Source: Dictyostelium discoideum (lineage: Eukaryota). Taken from it: a stretch of DNA of 64,000 nucleotides. Made by a program: the position numbers and the translations under genes. This document shows positions 46,721 through 57,264 of the stretch, in pieces. The notes under the pieces were generated by a model. It saw only the letters and a program-made list of their open reading frames with translations. It had not been told where the DNA came from and did not search any database. Positions within the stretch are counted from its first letter, which is position 1. Each line of letters begins with the position of its first letter. The DNA is taken from contig CM000151.3 in NCBI GenBank assembly GCA_000004695.1, forward strand, positions 4,736,001 to 4,800,000, given 5' to 3'.

Positions 46721-47186
46721 TTTTTTGTTTTTTTTTTTGTATTAATAAATGGTTGTAATTTTTATAAATATATTATTAAAAAAATGAATATAAGGTATAT
46801 TGATTTTAAATGTGAAAAGTAATAATTAAATAAAAAAAAATAAAATAAAATAAAAAAACAAGAAAAAAAAAAAAAAAAAAATGAAAAAAATAAAAATTGT
46901 GCAAAATAAAAAAAAAATAAAAAATAAAAAAAATTTAATTATTTTTCCATATTACCACCACACTTTTGGAATTTTGGTATATATTGAAAAATAAAAAATA
47001 TGTTTATTTGATTTATTTAAAAATAAAATAAAGTATTTATTAAATTTTTATTTTTTTAAAATTTTAATTTAATTTTATAACTTTGAAAAATATATTTGAA
47101 CTTTTTGACAAATAAAATATTTTAAATTGAAAATCATTAAACACTTCCTTTTTTTTTATAATCTGGAAAACTTTGTTTTTTAATTT

Positions 47187-48489
47187 TTAATTTTTAATTT
47201 TTTTTCTTTCTGAACTACATTCACTACAATTGAATGATTTAAAAGGTGGTACACAATGAATATAAACACCAATTGTTAAACAAGCCATAATTGGACCAAC
47301 CATATATGGCCAAATATTTTCAAATTTTGATAAAACAATCGCTGGTGATAAACATCTTGCAATATTAAAACCAAAGATATAATTGGGTGCAATACCACCA
47401 GATGCTATAATTGAAAGACATAACATTCCTGAAATGAAAAATGAACCTGTAATTGGTCCTAAAAAAGGTGTTTGACGTGGATCAAGTGCCGTTCCAAAAG
47501 AAACATACAAATTAAATAGTGAAAGCATATATTCTAACCCTAATGCTCCACTTGGTGTTATAGATTGTCCAAATGAGCACATACCTAAATTTCCTCTACT
47601 CATAACATCATTTGGTAAAATTCCTTTAATTATAGCTGACCCAATAACTCCACCAACAATTTGTGCAATCATATAAATTATACATCTTATAACTTTTTTA
47701 TTATAAAATATTAGTAATTATTTAAATAAATAAAATAAAATAAAATAAAAAATACATACAAGAAGTATAACCAGCGAAAAATGTTGCTAATGTAATTGAT
47801 GGATTTAAATGACCACCACTAACAGGTGCACATGCTAAAATTAATAAAAATAATAATGGTATATGTAAAAGACCACTTAATATTGGTACTTTATAATTTG
47901 GTACACTATTTGATAATTGTTGTAATGTGAAATCATCTAAATTTGAAATATATGAAAAATTGAAATAATTTATAGAGGATGTAAATATTGCTATAGACAT
48001 AAACATGAAAAGTGCTGTACCAACCATTTCAGTAATTGCTGCCCTATATAATCCAATATTATATAGTTCATTTATACCTGAAATAAAATTTAATTTCTCT
48101 ATACACTTTTCTTTAAATGATTTTAATTTAATTTGAGGTGATGATGATGGTGATGGAGATGGTATTTTTCCAATATTTTCTTCCTCTTGACCTTCTTTTA
48201 TTATTACAATTTCTTTTTCATCCTCTTCTTCTTTTAGTTTTGTTTCAAAATCTGATAATTCTATACCTTGATCATTTTCGGTATCAATATCTTCATGATT
48301 ATGATCAAGTGATTTTTCAAGTGAAATTGATTGTTGTTTTTGTAGTTGTCTATTATATTGTATTAAACTTCCTTGGTAAAATGGTATTTCAACATATCTT
48401 ATTGTTTTTTTGGGTATTCTCCTTCTAAATCTTAAATTATGAGTTCTTTTATTATTATTATTATTATTATTTACTTTATCGTCATCCAT
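47187..48489 (-). CDS. Aquaporin / major intrinsic protein family member with a ~170-aa N-terminal extension and non-canonical NPS / NIA motifs, 411 aa. Two exons: 48489..47760 and 47692..47187.
   Basis: The true ATG is at 48489; the ORF-track start at 48498 is GTG. Exon 1 ends ...SGGHLNPSITLATFFAGYTS+t at GTATGT at 47759. The acceptor aaaaAG at 47694-47693 gives ...YTSFIRCIIYMIAQIVGGVIGSAII. This aligns residue-for-residue with the aquaporin [38 protein letters not shown]. The second motif is ...GFNIARCLSPAIV (NPAR replaced by NIAR). The intron is 67 bp. Confidence 0.8.
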
Positions 48490-48750
48490 TTTTATCACAT
48501 ATGTATTTTTACAATTTTATCGATAATATATAATAAGAGGGAAAAAAAAAAATAATAAATAAAATTATTAATAACAAAAATAAAAAAAATAAAAAAAATA
48601 AAAACAGTTCGCGAATTTTGGGATATTTTAAGACTATAAACTCGGTGTCATTTTCCGAATTTTATTTTTATTTTTTTTTTTTTTCAAATATTAAAATAAG
48701 ATTAAATTTGAATTCATTCTTTTTATTGGATGTCAAAAAATGTATTCCAG

Positions 48751-48788
<38 letters not shown>

Positions 48789-48887
48789 TGATTTATGGAT
48801 GGTATATATATTTTTTTTTTTACATTTATTTATTTATTTATTTTATTTTTAATTTTTTTTTTTTATTTTTTTATTTTTTTATTTTTT

Positions 48888-50574
48888 TTATTCTACATCA
48901 GTTAATCTAAAAACATAAACATATGGTGGATAATCTTGTGGTGCAACCATTGGAATGTTTAGTGTAATACCAGGTTTTGTTGATTCAATTGGTAATGATA
49001 CTTCAACACCTTTTTCACCTTTTAAACCTAATAAAGTTGCTTCTGTTTTATTATTACCAATTGGATCACTTAAAATTAAAACACCATCATCTGGTAATTC
49101 AAATACAAATGCATAAACATTACCATTGGTAGTATTTGTAGTATACCAGATGTTAAAAGTCATATTTTGAACTCTCCATGGTGAACTACCATAAATTGAT
49201 TCAGAATTAATTGATAACCAATTACCAATCTCTAATAAACGGTCAACCATATTATTTGGAATTGTACCTTGAGCATCTGGGCCTACATCCAATAAGAAAT
49301 TACCACCACATGCAACCGTTGTTACCAAATCAATTATTAACTCTGTAGCATTTTGATAATCAGTAGCCTGTTCATATTCATCATAACCATATGAATATCC
49401 AATGGTTGCACAATTTTCCCATTTATGTGATTGAAGTTTATATGGATTAAAATGGTCAGCACCAGTATAAAATCCACCATTCTTATCTCTACATTCACTT
49501 CCCCATCTATCATTTACAATTACTGTATCTTTAACACTACTATTTGTATATAACCAACTTAAAAATTCTGTTGATTTCCAATAATTACTTAATTGCATCC
49601 AATCACCATCTGCCCAAATTAATTCAGGTTCTAAAAAATTAAAAATTAAAAAAAAAAAAAAAAAAAAAATTATATTAATAAATATTTTTTAATTAATTAA
49701 TTAATTATATAATAAAAAACCACATACCATATGTTGTAACAATATCTTTTAATTGTTTCATTAAAATTTCATCAACATAAACTTGAGTTGTTGGGTTTTT
49801 ACCAGTTTCAGCATCTGCAAGATATAATGGATTAAACCATTCTATTTTTTTTTTTTTTTTTAAAAAAAAAAACAATATTAGTATTAAAATTAATAAATAA
49901 TAAATTTAATAAAATATTTACCAAATAAAGAATGATAAAGACCCATATGTAAACCCATGTTTTTAACAGATTTTGTTAACTCACCAACGATATCAATACC
50001 AGGACCAGTTTCAACAGAATTCCAATTCCATGATTGTTCACTATTCCAAAGGGTATAACCTTCATGATGTTTTGATGTTAAAACTACATATTTTGCACCA
50101 GATTTTTCAATTATTGATGCCCATTCATTAGCATCGAATAAACGACAATCAAATCTTGAAACGAAATCTTGATATGTAAAATTGGCTCCAAACTCTTTTT
50201 CATGATATCTTTGTGTTGCACCACCATCAGAACTTGGATTTTTTAATGTCCACCAATACCATTCTGCATATCCTCCATTTGCAAATGCTGGTACACTATA
50301 AATTCCAAAATGAATAAATATTCCAAACTTTACATCATCATACTATAATATATTATTATTATTATAAATTTTTTAAAAAAAAAAAAAAAAAATATTAATA
50401 AAAAGTAAAAAATAATAATTATAAAAATAATAATAATAATAATAATAAAAATATAATAATATTTACCCAACCTGGTAATGGTCTTGAATTAATTTGGTCC
50501 CATGTTGGTCCATACTGTTGAGATTTAATTAAATTTAATATTAACAATATAAAAAAAATGATTATCATCTTCAT
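48888..50574 (-). CDS. alfA: Alpha-L-fucosidase (glycoside hydrolase family 29), secreted, 461 aa. Four exons: 50574..50467, 50342..49922, 49841..49728 and 49630..48888.
   Basis: Exon 1 (MKMIIIFFILLILNLIKSQQYGPTWDQINSRPLPGW) ends at GTAAAT at 50466. Exon 2 (YDDVKFGIFIHFGIYSVPAF...EWYWW...KYVVLTSKHHEGYTLWNSEQSWNWNSVETGPGIDIVGEL...LYHSLF+g) ends at GTAAAT at 49921. Exon 3 (EWFNPLYLADAETGKNP...IVTTY+g) ends at GTATGT at 49727. Exon 4 (EPELIWADGDW...FLSWLYTNSSVKDTVIVNDRWG...CGGNFLLDVGPDAQG...). The protein is colinear with human FUCA1 throughout (YDPTWESLD, KFGIFIHWG, LTSKHHEGFTLW, YYSLFEWFHP, GGNLLMNIGP). The introns are 124, 80 and 97 bp. Confidence 0.85.
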
Positions 50575-50726
50575 TTTTTTTATTTTTTATTACTTTTTAT
50601 ATTATTATTACACCAATACTTGTAATCTAAAAGATGTGAAAAAACAAAAATAAAAAAATATAAAAAAAACAAAAACAAACCCCTTTTTTTTTTTATTAAT
50701 AATATTTTTATTTTTATATTTATATT

Positions 50727-50764
<38 letters not shown>

Positions 50765-51016
50765 GATCAGTTATACAAATATTTTTTTGAGAATGCCCCA
50801 ACAAAAATAAAAATAAAAATTAAAATAAAAATAAAAATAAAAATAAAAAAAACCCCCACCCCTACCCTATCTAATTAAATTTACAAAAAAAAAAAAAACA
50901 AAATCTATCTAACCAATCATGTTTTTTAAACCCTTTTTTTTACAATTTTTGGGCCAAATATTAAATTAAAAAAAAAGATGAGAAAATTGGATGATTGGGT
51001 AAAATAATATCAGATA

Positions 51017-51066
<50 letters not shown>

Positions 51067-51154
51067 GTTACCTTGAAAGAGGGAATAAAATAATTTATTT
51101 ATTGAATATTTTTGGTCCAGTAAGGAGTCAAAAGCTAAATTTTCAAATAAAACT

Positions 51155-51347
51155 AACCTCCTCTTCCCCCATAAAGAAGGAGTTTGAACGAGCAAATACG
51201 CGATCTCCTTGAAGAGCCGGACTCACGTATAACCCTCGCCCAAGGAGGAGATGTCTAACCATCTTTTAGCCCTAACCTCTTCCGGAAGAGCTCCCCACCC
51301 TCAGCCCCCGGATAATTTGATTTGATTTGATACAGTATTTTTTTTTT
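51155..51347 (+). other. GC-rich (~50 % GC) island of ~190 bp ending in a T-run, directly 5' of the repeat cluster. Candidate structured ncRNA, or the unique terminal part of the repeat element.
   Basis: AACCTCCTCTTCCCCCATAAAGAAGGAGTTTGAACGAGCAAATACGCGATCTCCTTGAAGAGCCGGACTCACGTATAACCCTCGCCCAAGGAGGAGATGTCTAACCATCTTTTAGCCCTAACCTCTTCCGGAAGAGCTCCCCACCCTCAGCCCCCGGATAATTTGATTTGATTTGATACAGTATTTTTTTTTT. It has internal complementarity (CCTCCTC/GAGGAGG; the palindromic CTTCCGGAAG). The base composition is highly atypical for Dictyostelium intergenic DNA. Confidence 0.25.
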
Positions 51348-51354
51348 CAGTAAA

Positions 51355-52346
51355 TATCCTCACCTAAAGACCACCACATGGACTCATAACCACACACCTT
51401 CACCCAAAGACCACCACATACTGACGCATACCCACCCATCCAAACTCCATAAAATTGATACCTAAAAATACTGAATTAAAAATAATTGATTATTATTCTG
51501 TTTTTGCTTTTTATTATTTTATTTTTTTCTTTTTATTTATAATTATATATAATTCTTACCCTATAATCATAAAATATTAAATAGTTACCAATTGACCACC
51601 ACACCTAATACAAATGATACATTAATTAATTAATTTTTTTTTTTACAACACATACCTTCACCCAAAAACCACCACATGTTGACGCATACCCACCCATCCA
51701 ACCCCATTTGCTTTATACCTAAAAATACTGAATTTAAAATAATTAATTATTATTTTTTTCTTTTTATTTATAATTATATAATTCTTACCCTATAATCATA
51801 AAATATTAAATAGTTACCATATTACTACCACACCTAATACAAATGATTTTTTTTTTTTTTTTTTTCACAACAATCATCATTTGTATTAGGTGTGGTAGTA
51901 AATTGGTAACTATTTAATATTTTATGATTATAGGGTAAGAATTATATAATTATAAATAAAAAGAAAAAAATAATAATTAATTATTTTAAATTCAGTATTT
52001 TTAGGTATAAAGCAAATGGGGTTGGATGGGTGGGTATGCGTCAACATGTGGTGGTTTTTGGGTGAAGGTATGTGTTGTAAAAAAAAAAATTAATTAATTA
52101 ATGTATCATTTGTATTAGGTGTGGTGGTCAATTGGTAACTATTTAATATTTTATGACTGTAGGGTAAGAATTATATATAATTATAAATAAAAAGAAAAAT
52201 ATAAAATAATAAAAAGCAAAAACAGAATAAAAACCAATTATTTTTAATTCAGTCTTTTTAGGTATCAATTATATGGGGTTTTGGTTTTTGGGTGAAGGTA
52301 TGCGTTGTAAAAAAAAAAATTAATTAATTAATGTATCATTTGTATT

Positions 52347-52393
<47 letters not shown>

Positions 52394-52626
52394 TTTTCAC
52401 CACACACACCTTCACCTAAAGATCACCACATGTTGACGAATACCCACCCATCCAACCCCATTTAATTGATACCTAAAAATACTAAATTTAAAATAATTAT
52501 TATTCTGTTTTTGCTTACTATTATTTTATTTCTTTTCTTTTTATTTATAATTATATAATTCTTACCCTATAAAACATAAAATATTTATGACTTACCTTAA
52601 AGTTCATCAATTGACCTCATACAAAT

Positions 52627-52680
<54 letters not shown>

Positions 52681-52900
52681 CACAACACATACATTCACCT
52701 AAAGACCACCACATGTTGACGAATACCCACCCATCCAACCCATATGCTTTATACCTAAAAATACTAAATTTAAAATAATTTATTATTATTCTGTTTTTTC
52801 TTTTTATTCATATGATAAAAATATTTAATCTACCACCTATAAATTAAATTAAAAATACCTACCTTGAAAGACCACTCACCGTATGACGCACACACATAAT
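51355..52900. repeat. Cluster of at least 6 copies (full and truncated, both orientations) of a 200-280 bp non-coding interspersed element with a conserved GC-rich ~50-nt 5' core. Unclassified; a possible MITE/SINE-like Dictyostelium repeat.
   Basis: Direct copies start near 51391, 51651, 52392 and 52681. Inverted copies lie at 51876-52078 and 52089-52305, with a fragment at 52313-52346. The shared core is CCTTCACC(C/T)AAAGA(C/T)CACCACAT(G/A)(T/C)TGACG(C/A)ATACCCACCCATCCAA(C/A)C, followed by ..TACCTAAAAATACT(G/A)AATT.AAAATAATT..ATTATT.CTGTTTTTGC...TTATTTATAATTATATAATTCTTACCCTATAA..ATAAAATATT.A..., and in some copies ...ACCACACCTAATACAAATGATACATTAATTAATTAATT. The copies are separated by poly-T/poly-A runs (up to ~70 T at 52345-52392 and 52628-52680). 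Confidence 0.8.
51651..52078. repeat. Near-perfect palindrome: two ~200-bp copies of the element in inverted orientation around a T-run at ~51845-51866.
   Basis: The sequence 51651-51845 equals the reverse complement of 51876-52078 except for 2-3 substitutions (e.g. ACCATATTACTACC vs ACCAATTTACTACC). Confidence 0.85.
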
Positions 52901-53143
52901 AAATATAATTATTATTATTAATTTTTTTTTTTAATTAGTTTTTTATTTTTATTTTTATTTATGTTTTTATTTTTATTCTAATTTAATATTATTTAAATAA
53001 TAAAGAAAAAGGTGAATTAAGTGTATTTCTAAAATTCTATTACTCTCTATCACAATATTTATTTGTTTGCTATAAAATAAAAATAAATAAAAATATAAAA
53101 AAAAAAAAAATTGAAACATTTTTTTTTCCAAATTTGAACACAC

Positions 53144-53175
<32 letters not shown>

Positions 53176-53516
53176 AATTTAATAAATTTATTTATTCATT
53201 ATTTTTAAAAAAAGACATATATTTTATTTGGAAACACCATTATTATATTCTTTATTGAATTCTCCAAGAAAAAAAAAAAAAAAAAAAATTAAGTACGGTA
53301 GTGAATAAATTTATTTTTTAATTTTTAAAATTTGTTTTTTCAATAATTAAATAAAGTTGAGATAATTGATCAAGATCTGTGATATGAATACAATGTTGAG
53401 ATCTATAATCTACATATTTATTTCTTTGAAGATGTTTCAAAGTGTAATAGTAAACCATCTGGAGTGATTTCGCAAGATTTAATATTTCAAAAGTAGAAGA
53501 CCATCTGAATGAGTAG

Positions 53517-53982
53517 TTATTCCTTATTTGTTTGTTTAACAAGGACAATACGAAGATTTGTTATTAAGGTGATATAATTCTTTACACTACCACCACCACC
53601 ACCATTATTGAAATAAATGATATAGAGATGGGAATTTTTGAATCTACCCTTGAAAGTTGTTTCCAAAATGTAGTGACCCTCTGATTGTTCGTGGAAATTA
53701 TATTCAACCAAAAGATTATCAGTGCCAAATAAACGTGGTGGTTCCGATAAGAATGGATTCTCCAATACAATGCATTCAAACATAATGGCGTTCTATCTAA
53801 ACCAATTAGGTCAATTAATGATACACCAATTCTTGGTAATGATAATTGTAAATCCAATTTACAATTTTCAACACAGTTTGTGATAAATATGATGATGAAT
53901 CATCCTTTGGTTGATCATAATTATTATTATTACTATTATCATAAGATAATAGTAATACACATATTGGTCCATCAACTTTCAT
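53517..53982 (-). CDS. Possible small two-exon gene (about 131 aa) of unknown function; alternatively a decaying gene fragment. Exons 53982..53863 and 53792..53517.
   Basis: An ATG at 53982 opens MKVDGPICVLLLSYDNSNNNNYDQPKDDSSSYLSQTVLKI, ending at a GTAAAT donor at 53862. The acceptor gatAG at 53794-53793 joins in phase 0 to NAIMFECIVLENPFLSEPPRLFGTDNLLVEYNFHEQSEGHYILETTFKGRFKNSHLYIIYFNNGGGGGSVKNYITLITNLRIVLVKQTNKE*. The 70-bp intron is less A/T-rich than usual. A further ORF (53318..53548) overlaps the end in another frame. No recognisable domain. Confidence 0.3.
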
Positions 53983-54149
53983 AAATGAATGCAATTTGTA
54001 TTGATGCCTATTTTAATTGGTTTAAAATTCTTACAACCCAATATTACACAATTGATGAAGAGTATGATGATTCAAATGTTGAATGATTTTCAATATATAG
54101 ATTATTATTATTATCATTATTTATATCATTATTTGAATTTGTTGTTGTT

Positions 54150-54235
54150 GATGATGATTATGATTACTATGATTGGAGTGGTAGTAATCATAATCATAAT
54201 CATCATCATAATCATCATCATCATCATCATCATCA
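54150..54235. repeat. (GAT)n/(ATC)n imperfect microsatellite.
   Basis: gatgatgattatgattac...atcataatcatcatcatcatcatcatcatc. Confidence 0.8.
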
Positions 54236-54572
54236 AATTTAATTTGAATTAATTTTTCACCATGTCTATTTGGCCAATGGAATGGTTTTGATTCACCTGG
54301 TTCAATTGATTTACAATCTTTGTACGTTGTAATTTATTTTTACCCAGTATTCTAATCGATGCTCTAAAATTATATCTCTATTATCACTATTTGATTTTAA
54401 TTGTTACTTAAATTCTGGAAATTATTATTATTTATTTGAACAATTGTTAAATTATTTCCTTGATATATAAAAATTTTGATTAAATCCAAGAATTAAAAAT
54501 AAATATAAAAAAAAGATAATTCTTGATTTATATTTTTTTTTTTTTTTTATTTCTTTTTTATTTATTTATTTA

Positions 54573-56748
54573 TTATTTTTTAATTTTAAAATTATCAAAT
54601 GGAGCTAATTCATAATTTGCAATTGATTCAACTAACCATTCAGTTTTAACCATTGGAGCAGTAACTTTTTTAACTTCATAAGATTTAGTTGATTCTTCAG
54701 CAATACAAATTGAAGCCAATTCAATTGATTTACAAATTTTACCACCTAAATTTCTAATTAATTCTTCTTTTGATTTTCTATTAATACCACTTGGATCAGC
54801 TTTACCGGCCAAAAAGAATGTTTTACCAGAGAATAAAGGTTCATCACCATTCTGTTGTGATAAACGAGCCATGTTTGGACCTGGATGTTCATCAACTTCG
54901 TGATCTTCTTCGTTGTCAATGATTTGTTGTTGTTTAAAGGATTCCTCTAACCAAGAACGTTTTAAGACCCAAACTCCTTTTGAAACACCCAAAAGGAATT
55001 TAAGTGTTCTATTCTTTGAATCATTCATAATGACATGAGTACATTCTTTAGGATCATCTGAAACGGTTAACCCAATTACTCCCATCGACTCTATAATTGA
55101 ACTACGTTCACTATCATTAAAACCTGATAATAAAACCAATTTCAAATTATCTAAATCCTCTTCCTCTACCTCTGAGAAACTTTCATCATCTGATTCTTCT
55201 TGATGTTTTTTACTACCTCCTTTTTTCTTTTTACCTTTTGATGATTTCTCATCCTCTACTTCACTATCATCACTATCATTTTCATCCTGTTTGGTTCTTT
55301 TTGGCGTTTTTTTACCAGATCTGGTTGTATCACTTTTTGGTGATTTCTCTGCTTTTTTGGTTTTCTTTTTTGGTGATTCTTTTTCTTCATCTTCTTCCTC
55401 TTTTTCTTTTGGTTTTGGTTCAACTGATTTTCTTTTTGATGGTGTTGTATTTTTAGTTGGTGTTTTCTTTTTTGATGGTGATGTTTCTTCCTCATCATCA
55501 TCTTCTACTATTTTAGAAGTTTTCTTTACTGGTGTTTTCTTTTTTGATGATTGTTCTTCCTCATCATTATCTTCTTCTTCTTCTTCTTCTTCTTCTTTTG
55601 ATGTTTTCTTTACTGGTGTTTTCTTTTTTGATGATGATAATTTTGTTTCTTCCTCTTTATCATCTTTTGATATTTTCTTTACTGGTATTTTCTTTGTTGA
55701 TGTTTTCTTTTCTTCCTCTATTTCTTTTTTATTTGGTGTTTTTTTTGAAGTTGATGATTTAATTTCTTTATTTGGTGTCACTGCTGTTGGTACTTTAAAT
55801 GAGGATTTCTTTACTTTAGTGGTTTTCTCAACCTTTTCTTCCTTTTCTTCCTCTTCATCATCTTTTAATTTTTTATTTGATTTTTTAGTGGCAGCTGGTG
55901 GTTTCTTTTTTGTTTCTTTTTCTGTTGATTTCTTTGGTGTTTCATCTTCTTCCTCTTCCTCTTCCTCTTCTTTCTTTTTAGATGATTTTGAATCTTTTTT
56001 AGGAGTTGATTTCTTCTTTGGTTTTTTCTCTTCCTCATCTTCTTCCTCCTCCTCCTCCTCCTCCTCTTCCTCTTTATCTTTTTTTGATTTTGATTTTGAT
56101 GATGGTGCTTTCTTTGGTTTAGAAGCAGTTGGTTCAGATGGAGTTGACTCTTCATTATTGTTCTCCTCTTCTTCTTCCTCTTGATCTTTTTTCTTTTTAG
56201 TACTCTTTTTATCTGGTTTTTCAATTGGTGTAACTTTCTTTGATGGAGTTATATTTTTTTTGAATTTTTTTTGATCAGCTGACTCTTTATCATCATTATC
56301 ACTTTTAGCTGCATCATCAACTTTAATTTCTTCCTTTTTAGCTCTACTTTGTTTAGTTGGTGGTGGTGGTTTAGTTTTTTTAACAGGTGTTGCTGGTTTT
56401 AAATCTTCCTCTTCTTCTTCTTCCTCCTCTTCTTCAACTTGCTCTTTTGTTTCATTACCTTTGTAAGGTACTAAATCTTTACCATCTATTTTAAAAAAGA
56501 TATAATATATAAATAAGGATAAATTTATTACTTATATAAAAAAAATTTAACTTTTTTAAAAAAAACTTACTCTTTTTTTGAGATGACTCAGATTGTGATT
56601 TTTGAGATGATTTAGACTGTGAAGATTTAGATTGTGATGATTTTGTTTGTGAAGGTGATTTATTTATTGTTTGGTCAACTAATGGAGAAATAACAAGAGC
56701 AGTTGTTGTGACATCTGATGTTATTTTAGAAGATTCTATTTCTGTTGC

Positions 56749-56779
<31 letters not shown>

Positions 56780-56841
56780 GTAGTTGTTGTTGTTGTTACT
56801 TGGATAGGTAATACCTCTGACGAAAAAAATGTATCTTCCAT
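54573..56841 (-). CDS. Tandem BRCT-domain protein with a long Lys/Glu/Ser-rich N-terminal region, 727 aa. Two exons: 56841..56571 and 56485..54573.
   Basis: Exon 1 (MEDTFFSSEVLPIQVTTTTT...SQSKSSQSKSSQKSQSESSQKK+a) ends at GTAAGT at 56570. The acceptor aaaatAG at 56487-56486 gives phase 1 ...QKKNGKDLVPYKGNETKEQVEEEE.... One long exon then runs through the K/E-rich repeats (KKTPVKKTSK...) into two C-terminal BRCT repeats (LVLLSGFNDSERSSIIESMGVIGLTV...VWVLKRSWLEESF and LFSGKTFFLAGKADPSGINRKSKEELIRNLGGKI...VTAPMVKTEWLVESIANYELAPFDNF). The intron is 85 bp. Confidence 0.75.
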
Positions 56842-56846
56842 TTTAT

Positions 56847-56882
<36 letters not shown>

Positions 56883-56889
56883 TTTAATT

Positions 56890-56921
<32 letters not shown>

Positions 56922-57180
56922 ATTTAGTTTTTTTTTATTCACAAGAGATTCTTCAATGTAGGTTGAAATGTGTATAAAAAAAAAAATATTAAAATAAAAA
57001 AAAAAAAATGAAACATGAATGAATTGTTGTAAAAAATAAAAAATAAAAAATAAAAAAAAAAAAATTTAAAAAAAACAAATTAATTTTCCTCGAAATTATC
57101 ACTTTCGTGAAAATGGAAAGATTTTTTCATTTTTATTTTTATTTTTATTTTTCAAAATAATCCAGATTACCAAGAATCTT

Positions 57181-57213
57181 TTAATTTGTGGTGGTGGTTG
57201 AAGTAGTTGTAGT

Positions 57214-57264
<51 letters not shown>

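Noticed and set aside
53989-54252. 87-aa plus-strand ORF
   Set aside because: It is low-complexity (poly-I/Y/H) and comes from the (GAT)n/(ATC)n repeat. The minus strand carries the more plausible, though still uncertain, reading frames.
55291-56184. 297-aa plus-strand ORF (FSSSSSS.../FFFDD... composition)
   Set aside because: It is the antisense of the K/E-rich coding repeat of the BRCT gene. Its low-complexity S/F/V composition is produced by GAA/AAG repeats read backwards, and it has no ATG context.
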